Origin: Spirochaetia bacterium
GTDB taxonomy: Bacteria > Spirochaetota > Spirochaetia > SZUA-6 > Bin103
Direction: 5' to 3'
DNA length: 64,000 nucleotides
NCBI GenBank assembly: GCA_965208575.1
Contig: CBDBOV010000001.1
Span: 256,001-320,000 of the forward strand
In this document: piece by piece, positions 34,752 through 44,330 of the stretch
How the letters are laid out: each line of letters begins with the position of its first letter
How positions within the stretch are numbered: position 1 is the first letter of the stretch
Made by a program: the position numbers and the translations under genes
The notes under the pieces: generated by a model
Seen by the model: the letters and a program-made list of their open reading frames with translations, nothing else
Told to the model about the DNA's origin: nothing
Databases searched by the model: none

Positions 34752-37088
34752 ATGAAAAGTACAGATGAACTCACGAGGGAGATCGAGGCGCTGCGGGTCC
34801 GCATCTCGAACTTGAGCGGTGCGGTGCTGCGCATCAGCGCAAGCCTCGACGTCGACACCGTCCTGAAGGAGATCGCGGAAAACGCCCGCGCCCTGACCGG
34901 TGCCCGCGGCGCCGTGATTACTGCCTTCGGCGACGCGGGGCATATCGACTACGTGACCTCCGGCCTCACCGCGGACGAGGAGCGCGAGTTGATCGAGTGG
35001 CCGGACGGTCTGCGGCTGTTCGAGCACCTGCGGAACCTTCCCTCGCCGCTGCGGGTGTCCGACCTGCGCGGCTACGTGCGCTCGCTCGGTTTCTCGCCGG
35101 AGGTCATCTTCGTGGACACCTTCCTGGCAACGTCGATTCGCCATCGGAACGTGCAAGCCGGCTCCTTTTTTCTCGGCGAGAAGGAAGCGGGACAGGAATT
35201 CACCAAGGAGGACGAGGAGGTGCTGGCAATGTTCGCGGCGCAGGCGGCGACGGCGATCACGAACGCCCGCACCCACCGTGCCGAGCAGCGCGTGCGGGCC
35301 GACCTGGAGGCGCTGATCAACACCTCGCCGGTGGGGGTCGTGGTGATCGACGCCAGAACCGCCCGCCTGGTGTCGATCAACCGGGAGGCAAGGCGGATTG
35401 TGGCGGGGCTGCTCGATCCGGGCCAGACCGAGGAAGAACTGCTGCAGGTGTTGATCTTCCGGCTCGCCGACGGGCAGGAAGTCTCGCTCAACGATTTCCC
35501 GCTGGCGACCGTGCTCAGCAACGCCGCCGCGATTCGCGCCGAAGAGATGGTGCTGTCGGTGCGCGACGGGCGCAGTGTCACGGTGCTGATCAACGCCACG
35601 CCGATCAAGTTCGAGGGCGATGCGGTTCAGTCATTGGTCGTGACCATGCAGGACCTGGGGCCGCTGCAGGAGCTGGAGCGGCAGCGGGCGGAGTTCCTGG
35701 GGATGGTGAGCCATGAGCTGCGGGCTCCGTTGAGCTCCGTGAAGGGGCTGGCCGCCACCGTGCTCGGCAACGCGCGCGTCGCGGATCCGGCCGAGGTGCG
35801 CCAGTTCTTCCGGATCATCGAGCAGCAGGCCGATCACATGGACGGCCTGATCAGAGATCTGCTCGATGTTGGACGCATCGACACGGGCATGCTCTCGGTG
35901 GAGCCGGCACCGGTGGAGGTGGCGGCGCTTGTGGACCAGGCGCGGAGCACGTTCCTGAGCGGCGGTGCTCGGCACGTGCTGAACATCGACCTGCCGGCGG
36001 ATCTGCCGCCGGTGATGGCGGATGAGCAACGGATCGTACAAGTCCTGAACAACCTGTATTCCAACGCGGCTCAGCACTCGCCCGAGTCCTGCCCCATTCG
36101 GGTCGCGGCGGTGCACGATGGCGCCGAGGTAGCGATCTCGGTGTCCGACGAGGGTCGTGGCCTGACGCCGGAACGGCTGCGGCATCTGTTCCGCAAGCAC
36201 ACCGTCGTCGACGACGATGGAGGAGCGCGCAGACGGGGAGCCGGTCTGGGGCTGGCCATCTGCAAGGGGCTGGTCGAGGCTCACGGAGGCCGTATCCGGG
36301 GCGAGAGTCGTGGGCCGGACCTGGGAACGCGGTTTACCTTCACGCTTCCGATAGTCGACGAGGCCGGCGGTGGCGCCGCACCGCGGCGGTCGCGTCAGCC
36401 GGGCGATGGCCGCGAGCGTACCGGCATACTGGTCGTGGACGACGACCCGCTGACTCTGCACTACGTCCGGGACGCTCTCACCGCGGCCGGCTACGCGCCG
36501 GCGGTGACAGGAGATCCGCGAGAGGTGCTGCACCTGATCGAGACAAGAAGGCCGCAGTTGGTGGTGCTCGACCTGTTATTGCCTGGCATGGATGGCATCA
36601 AGTTGATGGAGTCCCTCCCCGAGCTGGCGGACATTCCGGTGATCTTTCTGTCCGCCTACGGGCGCGAGGAGACGATCGCGAGGGCACTGGAGGCGGGAGC
36701 CGCCGACTACATCGTCAAGCCATTCTCGCCGACGGAACTGACCGCGAGAGTCCGGGCGGCGCTGCGCAAGCGGTCCAAGCCGGACCCCTTCGCGGTGGCG
36801 GACCTGGCAATCGACTACGAGAAGCGCCACGTGACCGTGGGCGGCCAACCCGTGCGGCTGACCGTGACCGAGTACGAGCTGCTGCGATTGCTCTCGGTCA
36901 ACGCGGGACGGGTGTTGACCTACGAGTCACTGGTGCGGCAGATCTGGGGAGAGCGGGAGGATACGGAACCGGTGCGGACCTTCGTGAAGAAGCTGCGCGG
37001 CAAGCTCGGCGACAGCCCGGCAAACCCGACGTACATCTTCAACGAGCGTGGGGTTGGCTACCGCATGGCCGCACCGGGCGACGAGTAG
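34752..37088 (+). CDS. soluble GAF-PAS-HisKA-HATPase-REC-wHTH fused sensor kinase/response regulator (copy 1)
   Basis: SHELRAP H-box, NNLYSNA, DEGRG, GAGLGL, VVDDD/LDLLLP/KPF receiver, OmpR-type LTVTEYELL...RGVGY; no transmembrane segment seen. Confidence 0.92.
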   Translation: MKSTDELTREIEALRVRISNLSGAVLRISASLDVDTVLKEIAENARALTGARGAVITAFGDAGHIDYVTSGLTADEERELIEWPDGLRLFEHLRNLPSPLRVSDLRGYVRSLGFSPEVIFVDTFLATSIRHRNVQAGSFFLGEKEAGQEFTKEDEEVLAMFAAQAATAITNARTHRAEQRVRADLEALINTSPVGVVVIDARTARLVSINREARRIVAGLLDPGQTEEELLQVLIFRLADGQEVSLNDFPLATVLSNAAAIRAEEMVLSVRDGRSVTVLINATPIKFEGDAVQSLVVTMQDLGPLQELERQRAEFLGMVSHELRAPLSSVKGLAATVLGNARVADPAEVRQFFRIIEQQADHMDGLIRDLLDVGRIDTGMLSVEPAPVEVAALVDQARSTFLSGGARHVLNIDLPADLPPVMADEQRIVQVLNNLYSNAAQHSPESCPIRVAAVHDGAEVAISVSDEGRGLTPERLRHLFRKHTVVDDDGGARRRGAGLGLAICKGLVEAHGGRIRGESRGPDLGTRFTFTLPIVDEAGGGAAPRRSRQPGDGRERTGILVVDDDPLTLHYVRDALTAAGYAPAVTGDPREVLHLIETRRPQLVVLDLLLPGMDGIKLMESLPELADIPVIFLSAYGREETIARALEAGAADYIVKPFSPTELTARVRAALRKRSKPDPFAVADLAIDYEKRHVTVGGQPVRLTVTEYELLRLLSVNAGRVLTYESLVRQIWGEREDTEPVRTFVKKLRGKLGDSPANPTYIFNERGVGYRMAAPGDE

Positions 37089-37241
37089 GGGCTCTGTCCG
37101 CGGGGCACGAACGGATCGCGCCGGTATGGCGCCATCGACGGTGAATGCGTGTGCGCCAAAAATACTCCCGACAGGCCCAAAAAAACACTGTCTGGCCACC
37201 ACAGGCCGTCTCGCCGTGCGGGACCGGCGCGCCTGACGCAA

Positions 37242-37874
37242 TCACTCCGAGGAGAGCTTGGGCGGGCGCGGGCTGATCGGTCCCGGGCCCCGACTTCGAC
37301 TCCCCCGAGGCGGCGGCAGCAACGCTTCGACCTGGCGCGCGGCGGCGCGCAGCACCGGCTCGCTCCGCATCAGCAGGTTTGTACCGAGGAACAGACTGAG
37401 CAGAGTCGAAGCCACCTGGGCAGCGTCGACGTTGCTGTCGATCTCGCCCCCCGCCATTCCGCGTTCGATCCCACGTCGAACGTTGTCCTCGAGAAACGCG
37501 AGTTCATCCCGGACCACGGCAGACACCTCCGCGTCATCCGGCACCAGCTCGAGTGCCGTCCTGATGAGCAGAACGATGCCGGGTGGCGTGGCGCCGCCGC
37601 CGTCTGAGAGTGTCGACTCGAACAGGTCGACGATCGCCTCGCGCGGCGCGGCGGCCGACTCCAGGTCCGGCATCCGGCAGGTCTGGGCGTCCCGGCGCAG
37701 GCCAGTCAGGAACAAGGCCCGCTTGTCACCGAACGTGGCATACAAGCTGCTCCGGCTGACCCCGACGTGCTCCGCGACATGGCGCATGTGCGTGGATCCA
37801 TAGCCGCGTGTCCGGAATACCTCCATCGCCCTGGTCAGTGCTTTCTCGGGATCGAATGTCTTTGTTCTCGGCAT
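37242..37874 (-). CDS. TetR/AcrR family regulator, paralogue of 33939-34538
   Basis: MPRTKTFD, GVSRSSLYATFGDKRALF. Confidence 0.9.
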   Translation of the reverse strand: MPRTKTFDPEKALTRAMEVFRTRGYGSTHMRHVAEHVGVSRSSLYATFGDKRALFLTGLRRDAQTCRMPDLESAAAPREAIVDLFESTLSDGGGATPPGIVLLIRTALELVPDDAEVSAVVRDELAFLEDNVRRGIERGMAGGEIDSNVDAAQVASTLLSLFLGTNLLMRSEPVLRAAARQVEALLPPPRGSRSRGPGPISPRPPKLSSE

Positions 37875-38066
37875 GCTCTCTCTCACGGTCGAAGCAGTAG
37901 AAGTCCGCAAATCATAGGCGAGGATCGTGAACACAGTGTGCATTATTGTGATATAATGGTGGCGAATCTGTGGATCTTTGGGCTGATGCCTCGTACTGAG
38001 ATGGATCGACATCGCCAGCGCGGAGCGGAGCGGTCGCAGCGTTCATCCGAGGGTACCGGAGACGGG

Positions 38067-39932
38067 ATGATGGAGGGCAGAGAACAACTCAGCTTGCAGA
38101 ACAGAGCGCCGCGGGGCCGTGGCTCGCGCCTGAGCCGGGCTGACCTGGAGGCCCTGATCGATACCTCGCCGATGGGAGTCGTGGTGCTCGATGCCGGGAC
38201 CGGCCATCCGGTGTCCTGCAACCAGGAAGCGAGGCGGATCGTATCGGGTTTGCTCGATCGCGGGCAGACCGTGGAAGGGCTGTTGCCGGCACTGACGTGC
38301 CGGTTCGCCGACGGCAAGGAGGTAGCGCTCGACCAGTTCCCGCGGGCGGTGGTTCTGAACAGCGCCGCCGCGGTGGGCGCCGAAGAGATCGTGCTCTCGG
38401 CACGCAACGGACGGAGCGTCAGGACACTGGTCAACGCGACGCCGATCAAGACCGAGGACGGCACGGTCCAGTCGGTGGTGGTGACGATGCAGGACCTTGA
38501 GCCACTGGACGAGTTGGAGCGCCGGCGGGCGGAGTTCCTGGAGATGGTGAGCCACGAGTTGCGGGCGCCGCTGAGTTCGATCAAGGGCCTGACCGCCACC
38601 GTGCTCGGCAACTCGGGGATCGTAGACCCGGCCGAGGTGCGGCAGTTCTTCCGAATCATCGAACAGCAGGCGGATGACATGGACGGCCTCATCAGAGACC
38701 TGCTCGATGCCGGACGCATCGAAACCGGCACGCTGTCGGTGGCACCGAGACTCGTTGACGTTGCCGGGCTGGTGGACCATGCGAGGCGGACGTTCCTCAG
38801 CAGCGGTGCCCGGCACATCCTGGCGATCGACCTGGCGCCGGACCTGCCGCGCGTGATGGCCGATGAGGCGCGCATCGCGCAAGTTCTGAACAACCTGTTC
38901 TCCTACGTGGCCGGCAACTCCTCGCAGTCCTCGCCCATTCGGGTCACGGCGCTGCAGGAAGGAGCTGAGCTGGCGGTCTCGGTAACGGCCGACAGCGCGG
39001 GCGAGGCGGCCGACCGGTTGCCGCACCTGTTCCGGAAACACGCCGCGATTGGCGGCGTCGGGGGGGCGAGGGGCCGGGAGACCAACCTCGGCCTGGCTAT
39101 CTGCAAGGGACTGGTGGAGGCCCACGGCGGCCGCATCCGCGCCGAGAGCCTGGGGCCCGGCCAGGGGACGCGAATTACATTCACGCTGCCGGCGGTCGAA
39201 CACACCGGTGGACGGACCTCCCCGCGGCGTTCGGTTGCGGCTCGCGATGCGGAGCGTACGGGAGTACTCGTTGTCGACGACGACCCGCTGACGCTGCGCA
39301 TTGTGCGTCAAGCGCTGGTCAGCGCCGGCTTCGCTACGTCGGTGACCGGCGATCCGCGAGAGTTGCCGCACCTCATCAGCACCAGACAGCCGCAGTTGGT
39401 ATTGCTCGACCTGGTGTTTCCGAACGTCGACGGCATCGCGTTGATGGAGTCCGTCCCCGCGCTGGCCGAACTTCCGGTCATCTTTATTTCCGGCTATGGG
39501 CGGGACGAGACGATCGCCAGGGCACTGGAGGCGGGCGCGGTCGATTACATCGTCAAGCCGTTCTCGGCGACCGAGTTGACAGCGCGAGTCCGGGCCGCCC
39601 TGCGCAAGCGGACCAGACCCGCGCCCTTCCTGGTAGCGAATCTGGAGATCGACTACGAGCTGCGCCGAGTGACCGTCGCAGGCCGTACCGTGCGACTGAC
39701 CGTGACCGAGTACGAGCTGCTGCGCGTGCTCTCGGTCAACGCCGGGCGCGTATTGACCTACGACTCACTGCTGCGCCAGATCTGGGGAGAACGGGTGACC
39801 GCCGGTTCCGACCCGGTGCGTACGTTCGTCAAGAAGCTGCGCGGCAAGCTGGGCGATGATCCGGCATGCCCGACGTACATCTTCAACGAACGCGGGGTCG
39901 GCTACCGAATGGCGGTGCCGGCCAATCGATGA
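38067..39932 (+). CDS. PAS-HisKA-degenerate HATPase-REC-wHTH fusion (copy 2, no GAF, probable pseudokinase)
   Basis: Collinear with copy 1 from the PAS domain on; N, G1 and G2 boxes altered (NNLFSYV, ADSAG, ETNLGL). Confidence 0.88.
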   Translation: MMEGREQLSLQNRAPRGRGSRLSRADLEALIDTSPMGVVVLDAGTGHPVSCNQEARRIVSGLLDRGQTVEGLLPALTCRFADGKEVALDQFPRAVVLNSAAAVGAEEIVLSARNGRSVRTLVNATPIKTEDGTVQSVVVTMQDLEPLDELERRRAEFLEMVSHELRAPLSSIKGLTATVLGNSGIVDPAEVRQFFRIIEQQADDMDGLIRDLLDAGRIETGTLSVAPRLVDVAGLVDHARRTFLSSGARHILAIDLAPDLPRVMADEARIAQVLNNLFSYVAGNSSQSSPIRVTALQEGAELAVSVTADSAGEAADRLPHLFRKHAAIGGVGGARGRETNLGLAICKGLVEAHGGRIRAESLGPGQGTRITFTLPAVEHTGGRTSPRRSVAARDAERTGVLVVDDDPLTLRIVRQALVSAGFATSVTGDPRELPHLISTRQPQLVLLDLVFPNVDGIALMESVPALAELPVIFISGYGRDETIARALEAGAVDYIVKPFSATELTARVRAALRKRTRPAPFLVANLEIDYELRRVTVAGRTVRLTVTEYELLRVLSVNAGRVLTYDSLLRQIWGERVTAGSDPVRTFVKKLRGKLGDDPACPTYIFNERGVGYRMAVPANR

Positions 39933-40009
39933 GCCATGTCGACCCGAGGTGGCGGGCGCTTGCGCACCCATCATGCCGTTCGTGCTTGACGCGTCGAGCC
40001 GGGCCGTGA

Positions 40010-42382
40010 TCACCGCGGCCATAGCTCCGACGGCGGGGGCATGCGGTAACCGACGCCGCGTACGTTCAACACCCAGGTCGGTGTCGAGGCGTCGTCACCG
40101 AGCTTCGCCCGCAGCTTCTTCACGAAGTTGCGTACCAGGTTGACATCGCCCGTCTCGCGGTCGCCCCAAATCTGGCGCAGCAGAGTATCGTAGGTCACGA
40201 CCCGTCCCGCTCTGCGCGACAGCGCGCTCAGCAGCTCGTACTCGGTCGCGGTCAGCACCACCTCACGCTCGCCGACCGTTACCCGCCGCTGCTCGTAGTG
40301 AATGGCGAGTTCGCCGAGCGCGAACGGCTCAGGTTCGGCGTGCCTGCGCAGCGCCGCCCGCACTCGGGCCGTCAACTCGGTCGCCGAGAACGGCTTGACG
40401 ATGTAATCCGCGGCGCCGCACTCCAGAGCACGGGCGATGGTCTCGTCACGTCCGTACCCGGAGATGAAGACGACCGGCATATCGGCGAGTTCCGGTACGG
40501 TTTCCATCAGTTCGATGCCGTCGGTCCCCGGGAGCATCAAGTCGAGCAGCACAAGTTGAGGATGCTCGGTGCGGATGATGTGCGACAGTTCGGTGTGGTC
40601 GCCGGTCACGAGCGGCGAGTAGTGCGCGGCAGTGAGCGCGTCGCGCACGTAGCGCAGCGTCTGCGGGTCGTCATCCACCACCAGGATGCGACCGGGTTCG
40701 TACGCCGCCCGAGACCGCTCCGAGCGGCGCGGATCGCCCCCTGCCTGGCGGGCGTCGACGGCGCTGTCGGCCACCGGCACGGTGAACGTGAACCGTGCGC
40801 CTTGCCCGGCACCGTCGCTCTCGGCCCAGATTCGGCCCCCGTGCGCCTCCACCAGCCCCTTGCAGATGACCAGCCCGAGGCCGGCGCCCCCCTTGTCGCG
40901 TATCCCGCCGGTCTCGGCGCCGCCGGCATCCCGTTGGAACAGTCGCGGCAGCAGCTCATGCGGCACGCCGCGGCCTTCATCCGACACCGATATGGCGATG
41001 TCGAAGCTGCGGCGCCCCGCGCTGATCCGGATCGGCGAAGACTCGGGAGAGCACCTCGCGGCGTTCGACAGGAGGTTGTTCAGCACCTGCACGATGCGTC
41101 GCCGATCGGCCATGACCCGTGGCAGGTCAAGGGGCAGGTCGATCAGCACGTTGTGCCGGCCGCCGCCGCTCAGGAACGTGTTGCGCGCGCGGTCCACCAG
41201 GTCGGCCACCTCGGATGACTCGGGCGATACCGAGAGCGTGCCCGAGTCGATGCGGCCGGCGTCGAGCAAGTCGCCGATGAGGCCGCGCATGCGTTCCGCC
41301 TGGTCATGGATGATCCGGAAGTACTCGTGGCGTTCGGCCGGGTCGAGCTCCGGCGCCGCCTCCAACAAGATGTCAACCGAGCCCTTGATGGCGGTGAGCG
41401 GTGCCCGCAACTCGTGGCTTACCATCCCGAGGAACTCGGCGCGCAGCCGTTCCAGCTCATCGAGCGGGGCCAGATCCTGCATGGTGACCACCAGCGATTC
41501 GACCGCACCATCCTCGGACTGGATCGGCGTGCAGTTGACCAGGGTCCTGACGCTGCGCCCGTCCGGAATCGAGAGCACCACCTCCTCCGCGCGCACCGTC
41601 TCGGGGTTGCTGACGAGCTGCCCTGTCAGCGGGACTTCGGCAAGCGCGATTTCGCGGCCGTCCGCGCGCCGGCAGGTGACCAACTCGAGCAGCTCTTCGA
41701 GCGGACGCCCCGGCGAGCGCAGGCCCTCCACTATGCGCCGCGCCTCGCGATTCAACGAAATCGGGGCGCCGGTTGCGGCATTCAACACCACCACGCCGAT
41801 CGGCGAGGTTTCGACCAACGCTTCCAGGTCGGCCCGCGCGCGTTGCTCGTCGCGGTGGGTGCGAGCATTGGCGATCGCCGACGTTGCCAGCGAGGCGAAC
41901 ATCACGAGTACCCTCTCGTCCTCGGTCGTGAATTCCGGTGCGCCTTCCTTGCCGGCGAGAAACAGGTTGCCGACCGGCACGCCGCGGTGCAGCATCGGCG
42001 TTGCCTGGAACGTTTTCGAGTGCATCAGGTGCGGGGAGTACCCGAGCGAGCGAACGAACGCGGGCATGTCTGACAGGCGTATCGGCCCCGGCAGGCCACG
42101 GAGGTGCTCCCAGAGCTTGGGCCCGTCCGGCCAGGCCGCGAACTCGGCGTGCTCCTCGGCGGTGAAGCCGGAGCTGACGTACTCCTGCAGCTGTCCCCGG
42201 TCGTCGTTGGTAGTGATGACGCCGTAGCGGGCGCCGGTGAGTACTCGCGCGTTGTCGACGACCTCCTGCAGGACGGTGGTCACGTCGAGGGTCGCGCTGA
42301 TGCGCAGGATCGCGGAACTGAGCGTGGAGATACGCTCGCGAAGCGTATGTAGTTCTTGGCTTGGGTCCTTGGCTTGATGCAA
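40010..42382 (-). CDS. soluble GAF-PAS-HisKA-HATPase-REC-wHTH fusion (copy 3)
   Basis: Same architecture with intact boxes (NNLLSNA, DEGRG, GAGLGL); TTG start chosen after GGAGA, while the ORF is open to 42487. Confidence 0.9.
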   Translation of the reverse strand: MHQAKDPSQELHTLRERISTLSSAILRISATLDVTTVLQEVVDNARVLTGARYGVITTNDDRGQLQEYVSSGFTAEEHAEFAAWPDGPKLWEHLRGLPGPIRLSDMPAFVRSLGYSPHLMHSKTFQATPMLHRGVPVGNLFLAGKEGAPEFTTEDERVLVMFASLATSAIANARTHRDEQRARADLEALVETSPIGVVVLNAATGAPISLNREARRIVEGLRSPGRPLEELLELVTCRRADGREIALAEVPLTGQLVSNPETVRAEEVVLSIPDGRSVRTLVNCTPIQSEDGAVESLVVTMQDLAPLDELERLRAEFLGMVSHELRAPLTAIKGSVDILLEAAPELDPAERHEYFRIIHDQAERMRGLIGDLLDAGRIDSGTLSVSPESSEVADLVDRARNTFLSGGGRHNVLIDLPLDLPRVMADRRRIVQVLNNLLSNAARCSPESSPIRISAGRRSFDIAISVSDEGRGVPHELLPRLFQRDAGGAETGGIRDKGGAGLGLVICKGLVEAHGGRIWAESDGAGQGARFTFTVPVADSAVDARQAGGDPRRSERSRAAYEPGRILVVDDDPQTLRYVRDALTAAHYSPLVTGDHTELSHIIRTEHPQLVLLDLMLPGTDGIELMETVPELADMPVVFISGYGRDETIARALECGAADYIVKPFSATELTARVRAALRRHAEPEPFALGELAIHYEQRRVTVGEREVVLTATEYELLSALSRRAGRVVTYDTLLRQIWGDRETGDVNLVRNFVKKLRAKLGDDASTPTWVLNVRGVGYRMPPPSELWPR

Positions 42383-43162
42383 GTAGTCTCTCCTTCGGGC
42401 CTCGACCCGAGCACGCTCGGGCCTTGCACGTTTACGGAAAAAATAGCTGCCGCGGTGAAAGCGGATATACGTGAAGGCTACTATCAATCCCCGATAGATG
42501 CTACCACGGAGTCACGAGCAGCCACGAGCAGCATCGACGGCTGCGTGCGGGCGCCGTCCATCGAGGCCGCTGCGACCGTGGAACGACGTACCCGAGATCG
42601 GCGAGTCGGTGCGCATGGCACGGGTGCGCCCAAAGGGGGACGCCGCCCACCAGGTCGCGGGCACGCCCCACCGGCGCGGCGCTCACGGCCCGGGGTGGCC
42701 GCGGCAGAGCCATGCCCGGCGTCCGCGTTCTGACGCCGCGCCGGCGACCGCATGCGCCTCGCACTCAAAAAGACACTGAAAAGACACTGCCGGGCTTCGC
42801 TCGTCCATGTTCTGGTCACTAAAGAAGCTACAGCGCCGCCGCGGAGGCGCCGATGATGAAAGAAGGGCGGGCGCGCATGCCGCGACATGCAGCGAAACTG
42901 ACCGGGGAGCTATCCGATCCCACAACGCGGCGCGCGCCCGCCCCATTTCTCGCCGGAGCATCCGCCGTCGGGCCCGAGCCGGTTGCCATCGGGAGCGGGA
43001 CAGGCCACCGGTCGAAACCGGGCGGCCCGCGGCATGGATGGTGGGAGCCGCCTCGGCTACGCGCCGCCGCGCTCGTCGCCCGGTCACGCGGGCAGGACGT
43101 GAACGTGGACCTGCGCATCGCGCGCTGCCGCTCTGTTGTTCATGTTGGCACGAGCCCGTACC

Positions 43163-44329
43163 ATGCAGGTTACCGTGAGCGCAGCGTGCACGACCTCGAA
43201 CAGTGCCATTACCGTGCGCCCGGCTCGCTCGGCGGCCGACCGGAGGCGCTTCATCCGCTTTCCGTGGAGGGTGTACCGCGACATCGATGCCTGGGTGCCG
43301 CCGCTGATCAGCGACTTCAAGAAGAAGCTGGACACCGTGCGCAACCCGTTCTACGAGCACGCCGAGATCGAGCTGTTCCTGGCGTGGCGCAACGGCGCTC
43401 CGGCGGGCACGGTGGCGGCGATCATCGACTACCACTACAACAACTTTCACGACGAGCGCACCGGGTTCTTCGGGTTCTTCGAGGCGGTGAACGACGACGC
43501 GGTGGCGGGGGCGCTGATCGACGCGGCGGCGGAGTGGGTGGCAGCGCGCGGCATGGAGCGGCTGCGCGGCCCCGTCAACCCGTCGACCGCGGAGTCGATG
43601 GGCATCCTGCTGGACGCCTACGACCGGCCGCCCGCCATCATGATGGCCTACAACCCGCCCTACTACCCGCGCCTGCTGGAGAGTGCCGGGCTGAGCAAGG
43701 CCAAGGACATGGTGGCGCTGTACATGGCGGAGGCCCAGACGCCGGTGGCGCCGAGGGTGGCCCGCGTGGCGCAACTGGTGCGCCGCCGTCACAACGTGAC
43801 CATCCGCAGCGCGGACCTCAAGCAGATTGACCGCGAGATGGCGCTGGTCAAGCTGATCTACAACGACGCCTGGACGAAGAACTGGGGGTTCGTGCCGTTC
43901 ACCGACGCCGAGATCGACTACGCCGCCGACGACCTGAAGATGGTGCTGGATCCTGACCTGGCGTTCTTCGCCTTCGTGGACGGCGAGCCGGCCGGTTTCT
44001 CGCTGGCGGTGCCCGACTTCAACCAGGTGCTGCGGCGCATGAACGGGCGGTTGTTTCCAGCCGGCGTGTTCAAGGTGCTCTGGTACAAGCGCCGGATCGA
44101 CCTGCTGCGGGTGGTGCTGGCCGGGGTGCGCCACCGGTATCGCAACCTGGGTCTGGATGCGGTGTTCTACTACGAGACCTACACGCGCGGCACCGCCAAG
44201 GGGTTCAACCAGGGCGAGTTCTCGTGGGTGCTGGAGGACAATGTCGCAATGCGCACCACGCTGGAGAAGATGGGTGCGCGCGTCTACAAGCGCTATCGCA
44301 TGTACGACAGGCCGGTGCGCAGATCGTGA
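43163..44329 (+). CDS. YghO-like double-GNAT N-acetyltransferase
   Basis: FIRFPW..Y, WVPPL, GFFGFFEA, LRGPVNPS, YNPPYY, NWGFVP, SWVLEDN. Confidence 0.82.
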   Translation: MQVTVSAACTTSNSAITVRPARSAADRRRFIRFPWRVYRDIDAWVPPLISDFKKKLDTVRNPFYEHAEIELFLAWRNGAPAGTVAAIIDYHYNNFHDERTGFFGFFEAVNDDAVAGALIDAAAEWVAARGMERLRGPVNPSTAESMGILLDAYDRPPAIMMAYNPPYYPRLLESAGLSKAKDMVALYMAEAQTPVAPRVARVAQLVRRRHNVTIRSADLKQIDREMALVKLIYNDAWTKNWGFVPFTDAEIDYAADDLKMVLDPDLAFFAFVDGEPAGFSLAVPDFNQVLRRMNGRLFPAGVFKVLWYKRRIDLLRVVLAGVRHRYRNLGLDAVFYYETYTRGTAKGFNQGEFSWVLEDNVAMRTTLEKMGARVYKRYRMYDRPVRRS

Positions 44330-44330
44330 A

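Noticed and set aside
42490-43160. Short ORFs or an ncRNA in the long intergenic region
   Set aside because: No recognisable motifs, RBS or RNA-family signature; only the 11-bp repeat is reported.
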